Assembly (NCBI GenBank): GCA_973895155.1
Contig: OZ316899.1
Location: 6,699,241 to 6,763,240, forward strand
Direction of reading: 5' to 3'
DNA length: 64,000 nucleotides
Source of the DNA: Marsupella aquatica
Lineage: Eukaryota; Plantae; Marchantiophyta
Part shown: positions 48,892 to 59,232 of the stretch, one piece after another
Numbering within the stretch: position 1 is the stretch's first letter
How the letters are laid out: each line of letters begins with the position of its first letter
The notes under the pieces: generated by a model
Told to the model about the DNA's origin: nothing
Database searches by the model: none
What the model saw: the letters and a program-made list of their open reading frames with translations, nothing else
Program-made: the position numbers and the translations under genes

Positions 48892-51086
48892 TGAGAGTTG
48901 CTTACCATTCTCCTGAGTTTGAGATCGAGTTTTGCACCCTGTGATCCGACTTCATTGCCCCGGTGATTTTCTCTATCTCTATCCTCTACATTCAGCTTGC
49001 GGGTGGGTTTGTACTACCACTTTTACTATACGGTTCATCTCAGTGCCTTTTATGGAATGCTTTCTTGTTCTTCTACTCGGCATGGCATCATCCTGATTGC
49101 CCGTCGCTGTGACCAGCAACGGAAAGCGTAGACTCACGTTTGGATTCAGAGTCTAATCCAGAGTGTAAGGCTCTGAGCAGACCGTAATAGGAAGCCTGCC
49201 TGATTCTCTAGCCGATCTGATAGAGAGCCATCCCTGCAAAACCTGTTTGAGTGTGTTCCAGTGTTCTAGTGTTCAGCTTTTGAGTGGGCTTTTCGATGTT
49301 GTCCTCTGTCCTTTTGTGGGAAGTGGAAATTCCAAGCTAAGACATGAATTGCCTTTGATTTTGGCTTCAACGTAAGATCTTCATTGCTTCTTCCAAAGCT
49401 GTCGTGGCCGAGGTTCCCATTCAGCTCTGTTTCTCCATTTTTGTAGCCCAATGTGAAGCTCTGAACCTACCTTCTGCTGCACATTTCTCATGTGAGAGTT
49501 TAGCTTATTGTTTGTCTTCTGTCTTTTGTTTGTTATCATTCACGTCCATGTTTCTTCCTATCAGGTTTGTTTGACTTGTCCTAGTTTGGGCTTTCCTTCT
49601 ACTGCATTTGGTGGTTTGATTTGCCCTGCGCTGTGAGCACGCGTACAGTCTTGCAAAATTCCTTTAGAAATCTGGTCAGGTTTATTTGTGAGACAAGCAA
49701 ATTGCCTTGTTACATCTGGTTCTCTATTACATGCCTTGTTGTCCCGTCCACTGTTTCCTGGAATTTTGTTTAAGTCGTCCAGAAGAGAATGGTGATTTCT
49801 TCTTCAATCAAACAAAACCCCACCCAACCACCACCCAAGAACGTGGGGTGCGCGCTTCTTAATCCTCCTCAAACTGGCCCCAAGTCTACTGAAACCCCAT
49901 ATATTACCCACCGGCACCATATATCCTGCTATGTTTGATCCTTTGGTCCCTTTTCTTTAAGTTGCTCTTCGCATTGTTGCTTCATGTGGCCTCAGCATAG
50001 CAGTTTGTATTTGTTGTTTCTTGTCCATGTATAATTTCACATTGACTGACAAGTCTGTATTTCTGCCCGGCCATTTTAGATTTGGAGAGGAGACAGGGAA
50101 GGTTACCATTGTTCATTGTGCTTTTTTTCTCAACTGCTCAGTCGTTTGCTTTGCTATTCTTGCCAGTATGTTGTTGTCGGAGCTTGTAACTGCTAAGTCT
50201 GTTAATTGGTATTAAATTTTGGTATTTCATTTCATTGGTAGTACTTTGTTTCTCTGTTGTGCTGCATTGAATGCTCCTGTTGATTGTTGTGTGTTCCGTC
50301 ATAGTTCCTGCTTTTAGATATTCGTTTGTAGAACAATTTCCGATAACACAATTTTGGTATTACTTCAATCCAAAATTCTATGTAAAAAGACATGAAGTAG
50401 CCTTTGTGCTTAATTGCTATGTAGCATCTGACTTCATTTGATTTTGCTACTGCCTGAAATTCATATCTCTTGCTTGAGTCCCACTTTGCTGGAGTTTTGT
50501 TGCTCTCTGTGCTTTGTTGTGCACATCAGGAGCGCAGGCATCTGAACACCATGATCAGATCAGATCAGATCAGATCAGATCATGTCAGTATAGTGTGGAT
50601 AGCAAGCGAAGGGTGTGTGCTGCATTTTGATATGGACAACCAAGTGTAGAGTTGACTCTTTGTGAATGTTTTAGCCTGTCTTGCCTTGAACTGGGCCATG
50701 GATGAATTGAGCTTGTGAGCAGTTTTTTTTCTTTCCCATCTTCCTGAAGCTTTGTCTGCTTTCTGCCACCTCAGTGGAGGTTCACTTGCAGAACACGACA
50801 ACCAGTGAGTTTTCTCTTTGCTGCAACCTGCAAGGTGAGACTTTCGATCTTTCTGGATGAAAAAACAGGATCCAAATATGATTTATGTACATGTCCATAG
50901 GGAACATGGTTTTATATACATGCTCTTGGTCTTAGGAACTCAGCATGAAATATGTAGTTGGAACCAATTTAGTGAGTGGGAACTGATAAGTGCAGGTTGG
51001 TTGCTGTGGGCAAGGCAAGTCGACCTCTTGCTCGCCTTGCTCATCAAAGGACGTGAACAGAGGACATCACAACAAAAGCAACACTT

Positions 51087-51536
51087 ATGGTGAGGACCCG
51101 CAACGCTGAACATGTGCGGTTTGCACGCAAGGCAGAGATGTTGCACCTTGAGTATGTCAGACTGGGGATCCTTCCAGCCCAGTCTGCATGGTACTTTGAG
51201 TACTCTGTTCTTGCCAGGAACAACTACAGCCGGCCTCTACCTGCTTCAGTACCCTTCCCGACATCCTTGGTATTTGTGTCTCTTGTACATGACCCACCAC
51301 AAATTAGGTGCCAAGGGTGTGTGCATAGTTGCCAATATGACTGTCCTGCCTGTAGGGCTTCTGGCCCAGAGTTGGATGACCGTTCTCTTGGATGTCGGTT
51401 TTTGCACAGAGCACAATGTATCATCTGGAACCACTCGCCATCCTGCAGTGTGCCTGGCGATGTCACTTGTCCTGCCCTCCCAGACCCCAACACCGGTGCC
51501 TTTGGTGTCTACACATGTTTGGATCACACGCTCTAG
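51087..51536 (+). CDS. CACTA cargo ORF A: small Cys/His-rich putative Zn-binding protein (149 aa), family unknown
   Basis: ATG start MVRTR; CQGCVHSCQYDCPAC...CRFLHRAQC..H..C...C...CLDH; co-oriented with the other cargo ORFs. Confidence 0.45.
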   Translation: MVRTRNAEHVRFARKAEMLHLEYVRLGILPAQSAWYFEYSVLARNNYSRPLPASVPFPTSLVFVSLVHDPPQIRCQGCVHSCQYDCPACRASGPELDDRSLGCRFLHRAQCIIWNHSPSCSVPGDVTCPALPDPNTGAFGVYTCLDHTL

Positions 51537-52202
51537 AGGACAACTTGTCTCACCGCATGCACAGACCAGAGACCATTGACCTATAACTTAACACTCTGAC
51601 TTGAACAGAGAGGATATTTACTTAAAATTTTGAATTATGAGCAATTTTGGGTCCAGGGTTTAGGGTCAACAGTACATAACTTATCCTATTATGGCTGCAC
51701 TAAGTACAATATCCTAATTTAAGAGGCTAGCAAGCTCACTTAAAAGTCTCCTTTCAAAGACTGGAATTAATGGGCCATGTGATAACCTGGAAAAAGTGAT
51801 TTATGCCTAACTTATTTGTCTCATTCACTATCATAGCCTATTTAGGATGTATAAATTACAACCCTGATCACACTGCTTGATACCAATCCTGTTCAAAAAA
51901 TGCCTGTTTTACATGTCACGACTATTGTATGTGATTCAAATGCATTAAATCTTGTTGCAGATCTCCTTTGGTGAATCATAGCCACAAAATTGAGGTGTAG
52001 GTGGAGCTATTGTACTAGGGGATCAGTTTTCAGAGTGGGCTCAACAAACCAAAAAGTATGTCTACTCTGCACATGTGTGTGAACATTCATTGCAGTAGCA
52101 ATTGCCACTCTAGTCTATATGCTACACTGTACTTTTTGTACATTGCTAAATTGTAATGTCTGTGCACTCTGCTAAATTGTACTATCTGTCTCATGCGTAG
52201 GC

Positions 52203-52882
52203 ATGGCACGCCCTAAAATCCGAGCCAAGAAGCGGGGGACAGAGGTGAGCAACACAGGTGTAGTTGGGCCAGATGGTAGTAACTTCTCTGCAAGTCAGAT
52301 TTTCCAGAAGGCAGCTCATTGTTGTGCCATTTGTGACGATGGTGGGGGCTTAGCCATATGTGAGGGCCCTTGCATGAGGCATTTCCACTCAACCCGGAGT
52401 CTGACCTTGCTGCAGAAAACAACTGTCCAGGGGTGGGCCTCCCGTCAGCACACCAGGGAGGCTGGATGTGCACTGATTGTTTGGAGAAGCAGGCTAAGTG
52501 TGCACAATGTGGGAAGTTGGGGTCTTATGAGGGCTCTGTTGATGCTCCACCACTTGTTAGGAAATGCCCTGACAGATATTGTGTGAGGTTCTTTTGTTTT
52601 TCATGTTTGCCCGATCTTGCCACAGTTTGCCCACTTCATAAGTGCAAGGCATGTGGTCAGCACGATGAAGATTTCTGGGTGGACATAGTCCACTGTGTTA
52701 GGTGTCCCACCATGTGGCACTTTCATTGTTTGAAGGAGCGTCAAGCAGAAGGCTATGCTTGTGACAGACACATCTATGATCACTCTGCACATGGTGTTGA
52801 TCGATGGATCTTCTATTGTCATCGCCATGCCATAGATCCTACTTTGCACACTCCCATTAGAGATCACATTTCTTGGCTTTGA
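52203..52882 (+). CDS. CACTA cargo ORF B: stand-alone EDM2-like composite PHD-finger protein (~226 aa), with a 1-nt frameshift at ~52388
   Basis: NLS-like MARPKIRAKKR; CAICDDGGGLAICEGPCMRHFH / LNPE..WMCTDC..CAQCGKLGS..C..C..CPLHKCKAC..CVRCPTMWHFHCL..IFYCHRHAIDPTLHTPIRDHI. This follows the EDM2 pattern CAICDNGG..CEG.C.RSFH...CPLHKC...IYC..H.ID..L.TP.RDH. A 5'-UTR GT-AG intron at 52056-52200 ends 2 nt before the ATG. Confidence 0.85.
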
Positions 52883-53477
52883 ACCTGAATAATGTACATG
52901 CATAGTGCACCTGATGTGGATACCTTGGAGATTGCAGACATTCCAATTTTGAGAAGGACCTCTGTAGGAGAGGATGCTTAGGCAACAAGTACCCTAAGTT
53001 CATTACTTGTTCCTGGGTACATGCCTTCAAAAACTCCCCTTAAGCCTTCTAGGACCTTTTTTAACTCTGCAATCATTTTGATCACGACTTACATGGCACT
53101 GCTTAAATTAAATCAGGACTTCTCATTATGAGCATATAAGTTACAAGGCTATTTAATTTGCGAAAATTCCCTTAAAGTGTACCAACATTTTGTATTCTCA
53201 TTGAATGTCTGCCCATTTACAACATCTGTATGTGGCATCACAAAACAATTGCACTTGTCACCTTCAATATTGTGAAGGCACATATTCAAACTATGAGGTG
53301 CATGCTTGTAGGTGTCTAGTACGTTTGTCCCAATATTTCTCCCGTTTGGAATTGGAGCAGAGACTCACCAGACGACTGGACTTGACCAAGTTATAAACGC
53401 AGCATTTTAAGGGCCCTCCGATTATCAGGTGAACGCATTATCTTCCGGTCTGCAGTGATTAGGTGGCCCGTGTGTAC

Positions 53478-54326
53478 ATGGCCTCTAGGAAACGTACAAA
53501 GGTTGACCACCCGCCTATGTTGGCTGGAATCAAAGCCATTTTGATTCCTGGCCACTATGGGTTCACCCAAGTGAGTTGGCCAATCGTACAAAAACGATTT
53601 TCAGAGTTCCATGGGACTGAAGTCAAGGACATCACTCCACAGACTACACATGTTGTTGCGGGGACATGGCTGGATGTGATGAACAAGTGGTCATGGTCCT
53701 TCGTTGATTCTGCCATTACCAACCAAGGTCTAAAAGTAGTTGAAGTCTCTTGGCTGACTGATTCTGTTAAACATAGGTGTGTACAGAGTACTGAGCAATA
53801 TGAGTTGTGGGAGAGTGAGGAGGCCACTGCAGAGGCTTTGGCTGAAAAGGAAGCCTATGAAGCAGCGGCAGAGAAACCCAACTTTGCTTCTGTCCAATAT
53901 GGACCTGTTGTCAACATAGGACACCATCCTATGCGTGCAGATGCTATATTGAATGAGCATGGCAAGGAGAGAAATACCATTATGAAGGGGTTCAGTGTGG
54001 TATTTGCAGAAGAAGGAATTGGGGAGACTAAGTGCAGACTGTACAAGTCCATAGTTGTTGAGCTAGGTGGGACAGTGGAAGAGAGTCTAACAGAAACCTC
54101 CACTCATGTTGTAGGTCTGTCATACATGAAGATATGCAGAAAATTCTTTAAGACAATAGTGCGTGATTTTGTCATGAACAACAATCTTTGGGTGCTTTCC
54201 CCTGATTGGCTTCTGGAATCAGCAGCTAGAGGGAAGCGACAGAATGCTTGGGACTTTGATATTTTTGAGGCCTGGCCCTCCAAGATTCAGCGGAGATGTA
54301 TGCTTAGCAAAGGTGGGAGAGAGTGA
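53478..54326 (+). CDS. CACTA cargo ORF C: tandem BRCT protein (282 aa), Pol lambda BRCT-like
   Basis: NLS-like MASRKRTK; BRCT1 ..G.EVKDITPQTTHVVA...VVEVSWLTDSV..Q..EQYEL; BRCT2 KGFSVVF..G..K..Y..IVVELGGTVEESLTETSTHVV...VLSPDWLLES. Open frame. Confidence 0.85.
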   Translation: MASRKRTKVDHPPMLAGIKAILIPGHYGFTQVSWPIVQKRFSEFHGTEVKDITPQTTHVVAGTWLDVMNKWSWSFVDSAITNQGLKVVEVSWLTDSVKHRCVQSTEQYELWESEEATAEALAEKEAYEAAAEKPNFASVQYGPVVNIGHHPMRADAILNEHGKERNTIMKGFSVVFAEEGIGETKCRLYKSIVVELGGTVEESLTETSTHVVGLSYMKICRKFFKTIVRDFVMNNNLWVLSPDWLLESAARGKRQNAWDFDIFEAWPSKIQRRCMLSKGGRE

Positions 54327-54502
54327 GGAGTAGGAGTCCCTCATATTTTTGTATAAATCACAATTTTGTAATAAATATGATCCTTGAACTAACTCATCTT
54401 GTCATGGTTGGTCGCAGTTGAAGTGATTGTTGTTTCCTGCTGCGTGGGGTGTGACTGTGAATCTACTTGCTGGGCTCTGTTTGGCTGAAGACTTTGGTGG
54501 GT

Positions 54503-55036
54503 ATGCTGCCTCTCCCAGACCGTCAGGCCCTATGTAGGGTCCTCCTACGGGTTGCATCGTGCATGGCTACTGCTTGGGCTTACTTGTGTGGATTGGTAAC
54601 CAGACAGAGTGTAGCTCCATCCGAGATAATGCCTGCAGACCTTGGATGTGTTGTGAATGCTGTGGTGAATGAGGATGCACAGTCGGAAGAGGACATTTAC
54701 TTTTCAGCAGATGAGTTAGACAAGCACGATGCTGTAGGTGGTTCCTTGTTGCCTGATTTGGCAGATGATATAGTTCTTACACATGTCTGGCCGAGGGTTC
54801 TTGTGGTGTCTGGCGCACAAGATATCTGCAAATATAGACTAATTAGTACCCAGTGGAGGGACTTGGTAGCAACATGTGCACCATGGAGGGCACTGCTGCC
54901 ACTGCTTGTAGGCATGGATCGAAGACCACCATGGCATGAGCAGGGTTTAGACCTTGATGACTTAATGTACATGCCTGAGTACCTCAGGGCTGAGTGGCAT
55001 CGACAACAGGATTGGTATCCGTATTTGATGTGGTAG
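54503..55036 (+). CDS. CACTA cargo ORF D: F-box-only protein (~177 aa)
   Basis: SLLPDLADDIVLTHVWPRV....CKYRLISTQWRDLV (~54746-54886) fits the plant F-box consensus LLPGLPDDI...R.V.K.WR.LV; no kelch or LRR domain follows. Confidence 0.65.
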   Translation: MLPLPDRQALCRVLLRVASCMATAWAYLCGLVTRQSVAPSEIMPADLGCVVNAVVNEDAQSEEDIYFSADELDKHDAVGGSLLPDLADDIVLTHVWPRVLVVSGAQDICKYRLISTQWRDLVATCAPWRALLPLLVGMDRRPPWHEQGLDLDDLMYMPEYLRAEWHRQQDWYPYLMW

Positions 55037-55354
55037 TAAGATGAGGACATCTCACACCGGTCTCGCACCTGGCACCTGTGTCTATGACTATACATGATTG
55101 GACTCTGATATGGTCATGGATGTACGTGTAGAGGCAGTACATGTGAGGACAGCGGAGGAGTTGACACCCTCAAACATTTAGGAATTTTGTCTCATTCACT
55201 TGAGAATAGGTACATGACTCAGGCACCTATATTTTTTGTTTTTTTGGAACGTTACGTATTTTGGCAAGTACAGTCAGGGGTGAAATCCTTAACAGGAAGT
55301 GTATTTTTCACTTGCATAATAAAATGACAGGGTGCTGAGTGCGTGTGTATAGTG

Positions 55355-58300
55355 ATGGCTCCAAGGTTGCCTCTTCACAACCCATTTAGGATTAGGCATC
55401 ATGATTCTAAATTGTGGATGCGTGAACAAGCCCGGGCCGCCCAAGGTAGGAGTAGGAGGATGAGATGCCCATGCACACAGTGCCAAGGATTCAAGTCGTT
55501 GAGTTTGAACACTGTGCACCTTCACCTGCTGCGGCATGAAAGGCACCCTCGGTGGAGGGTTTGGAATGTACCAGCAGAAGAAGACTCCTCTGATGAAGAG
55601 TGGAGAGCTGACTTTGTGGATTCTAATACAGCTAGGCGTAGAGACTACGTAGAGCAGGACATAGACTGTGCAGAGGATGGTCCTGGGGTCCAACATGAGA
55701 ACATGGATGACCAAGATGGAGATGTAGAGGCAGTCACTGAGGACGGTGGGATGGATGTCCCAAGAATGGTTCAAGAGATTTTTGAAGACCTTGATGCTTT
55801 TTACGACACAGTGGAATCAGAAGAGGACAATGAACCGCAGCCACACATTGGCGATGGCCAAGCTGAACCTGACTTTGACATTGGGGAAGGTGCAGCAGAG
55901 AGGGAGTGGGTGTTTGGGGGCCCAAAACACATCAAAGAAGCTTGCATTCCTATCTACGAGGGGTCGAACTGCTCCAAGCTGGGTTTTGTCGTGTTGTTGT
56001 TGAACATCTGTGGCAATCACAATGTTCCCAATATATTTGTGACAGAGTTGTTGACCTTCTTGCGCCGAAATGTGTTACCAGATGGTAATTCAATTCCAAA
56101 AAATATGTACGAGGCTAGGAAATTGATGTCTAACCTTGGGCTAAACTATGTGTCTATTGACGCATGCCCTGATGGGTGTGTTCTCTTTCGCAAAGAGCAT
56201 GCAGATAAATTGACATGCCCTCATTGTGGTAAGCACAGGTACAAGAATGTAGGGAAATGTACACACCCTGCCAAGGTTCTTCGTCATTTTCCTCTCATTC
56301 CTAGACTACAACGTCTGTTTAGATGCCCTGCCATTTCCAAGCTGATGACATGGACTTTTGATAACAAGAGCAGTGATGGCCTGCAGCGTCACATTGGAGA
56401 TTCCAACCATTGGAAATTTGTTGATGAGAGGTGGCCACAGTTTGCTGCAGAGAAGCGGAACTTTCGATTTGGTCTATCACTGGATGGAGTAAACCCATTT
56501 GGAGACAAAAACAACCGTTATTCATGTTGGCCGGTTACGCTGCTAAATTACAACCTTCCCCCATGGATGACTACAAAGAGGTTTTTTGTCATGATGGTGC
56601 TGTTAATCCCTGGACCAGCTTCTGTGACCGAGCAATTCATAGATATCATGTTGGCTCCAGCAGTGGAAGAGTGGAAGACTTTGTGGATAGAAGGGGTGTT
56701 AACCCATGATGTTCTGAAGGGGCTTCTTCGACCCAGCCCCTTTAGACTGCATGCAATTTGTTTGCTGGATATAGCAGATTACCCAGGCCATGGCATCATA
56801 TCTGGACGAGTGACAAAGGGCTATGTGGGGTGCACACCATGTGGGAAAAATGTGACAAGTGAGTGGTCGCATGCCCTGCACAGTATGAAATTTCAGGGGC
56901 ATAGAAGGTATCTGCCTGTTGATCATCCTTACAGGCACACACGGTCTCAAATTGCACACTTCAACAACAAAACAGAGCTTCGTGGCCCACCACAGAGGGT
57001 CACCAGAGAGCAAGTCCTGAGGTGGGCAGCCAGGAAGGCTGATTGGGACAAGAGAAGTGCCACTGATCGAGAACCTGAGGATCCAGTGGTGAAACACGGT
57101 GTGAAAAGACAGACCTTGATGGACTTGGAGTTGGAGTACTGGAGGGTAATGTACTTAGCCTCCAGCCCCTGTATGATTGCAATTTTAGATTGGAGCAATG
57201 GTGGATTGATGTTGGTTACAATCCTCCTCTGTGGTTAATTAGTGTTTCTGTTGTTGAATTCTTTGCTTTGTGGAGTGCAGGAATTCGAGCCCAGCAAACA
57301 CAATGTGGACGTCATGCACATTGAGAAAAATATTTGTGAGAGCTTGCTGAAGTTCTTGTCGGGTGAGAAAGATACAGGAGCAGTTCGAGCTGATATGCAA
57401 CAGAAGGGGATTCGCCCTCACCTTTGGTTGAAGCCCCATGCAAGCAATCCCAATGTACTTCTCAAGTTCCAAGCTCCCTATGTGTGCACACAGGATGAAT
57501 GGAAGACATTCTTGTATAGATTGAGCTGTCTGAAAGTGCCCTCTGGCTATGCTGGTGCCTTCAAGAAGCATATTACAAAGAATAAACTTGGCAGTATGAA
57601 AACACATGACTACCATGTGTTGATGCAGCACATTCTGCCCCTATGCCTCAGAGGTCTCATGCAGAAACCAGTCCGTAATGTCATTCTTCGACTGTGCAAT
57701 GTATTTTGCCGTATATGTGTGAAAGTGTGGGATCCCCAAGGATTGGAGCAGTTGAAGCAGGATGCTGCTTATGTCCTCTGTGACTTGGAGATATACTTCC
57801 CCCCTGCTTTCTTTGATGTTATGACTCATCTCCTAATCCATGTGGTAGAAGAGCTAGGGCAGTATGGGCCAGTCAGTACCAGATGGATGTACCCTATGGA
57901 GCGATACATGAAGTTGTTGAAAGGTCATGTGAGAACATACTACAGGCCAGAGGCTTCCATGGCATTGGGGTACATTAAGGATGAGACGTTGGGATTCCTA
58001 ACAGAGTACATGGCTGGGTCTGGTGAAGCTATGACAAGAGTTTGGAAATCTGGTGAAGATGATGGAGTGAGTGGCGAGGTTGTTGAAGGTGTGGGACGTG
58101 CTGTTCAGCTGCCTGTTGCGATTCGAGACAAGGCTCATTCATATGTGCTGGCAAACACAGAGCCTATGCAACCATGGTGGAGGTGAGTGATTGAATTGAC
58201 TTGCCTTTGTTGTGATGCTTCTTGTCTGTTCCAAGGGTGATCTTAGGTTGTCATGTGTTGTTTAGACCTAACTATGCCTGTACCTCATATTGCAGGGAAT

Positions 58301-59055
58301 ATGATATGCAAAAAGCTGCACACTCTGGGCAGCAGGATCCCTTCCCACAGTTCGAGCAGTGGATTCGGGTGACAATTCGAGAGCATAGTAGACATCACCC
58401 AGATATGGAGAAGGATTTGTATCTTCTATCTGTGCCACCACGATTGTCTATTCTGACCTACAAACGGATGAGAGCTTATGGAAATCATTATCGAGTGAGG
58501 GATGAGCAGGGTGACCATTGTGTATCATATGATTGTGGTTTGATTTCTGTGTTTGAGCAGAGAACCTTTGAAGAACAGAGGGGGTGGATGAAGATGGGTT
58601 ACGTGGGGGAGTTGACCGACATTTGGGTGTTGAATTATGATAACACAAGTGTCCCAGTGATATTGATGAAGGGATCATGGGTGAAATCAGAGTGGCAGAG
58701 ACCAAGGGCCACCATGAAGCGTGATCATGATGGGTTCTTGTTGGCCAATTTTAGGTCCAGAGTACCAGAATGGTCTGAGCCTTTTGTTTTCCCTAGCCAA
58801 GTTGAACAGGCTTTCTTTGCAGATGTGGAGGAGTCACATGGCTGGAGGGTGGTATGCCATAGCCAAGCACGGAACAGGCGGATGGATGGAAGTAAAGTAG
58901 AGTTCAGTTTGGATGACCATGCTACATTCGAGCATCCTAGTCATGAGACTGTACTTCCAACTCGGGCAGGGACTGACTACATCCCCTTAACATTGAGAGA
59001 GACATATGATGAACCTGGGCAAATGGAATATGATGAGGTTGATGATTTGCAATAG
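55355..59055 (+). CDS. CACTA transposase Tnp2/TnpD, 3 exons (55355-57145, 57281-58182, 58296-59055), apparently intact
   Basis: CPCTQC N-terminal domain; IDACPDGC..CPHCG; LSLDGVNPF, YNLPPW, DYPG; HNVDVMHIEKN; MKTHDYH; FFDVMTHL, RWMYPMERYM; EPFVFPSQVEQ. GT-AG introns 57146-57280 (phase 0) and 58183-58295 (phase 2) keep the frame. Confidence 0.93.
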
Positions 59056-59232
59056 GCAACAGCTGGCGATTGGCAAGTATGAGGTTGAGGATGACTACCT
59101 GCACAGAGTCACAGAACGGGAATTGCTGCCTGGAATGATGTTTAGGATAGTTGGATATGCATGAAATTGATTGATACTTTGAATTTAGTGTGCTGATTCT
59201 CCCTGTTTGGTTGTGGGTGCTGTGCAGAAGCT

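Larger units (their letters stand above)
44962..49010 (-). mobile_element. LINE (APE-RT, RTE-X-like), near full length, inserted in the CACTA
   Basis: ORF1 and ORF2; 3' tail of (CATTAC)n at ~44962-44986 in place of poly(A); flanking direct repeat GTACTA (44956-44961, 49011-49016). Confidence 0.85.

Noticed and set aside
50553-50582. (GATCA)6 microsatellite
   Set aside because: Simple slippage repeat with no evidence of function.
52203-55036. Interpreting the PHD, BRCT and F-box ORFs as resident host genes (EDM2, POLL)
   Set aside because: They lie between matched CACTA TIRs with a TSD and lack the catalytic domains of the host genes, so no gene symbols were assigned.
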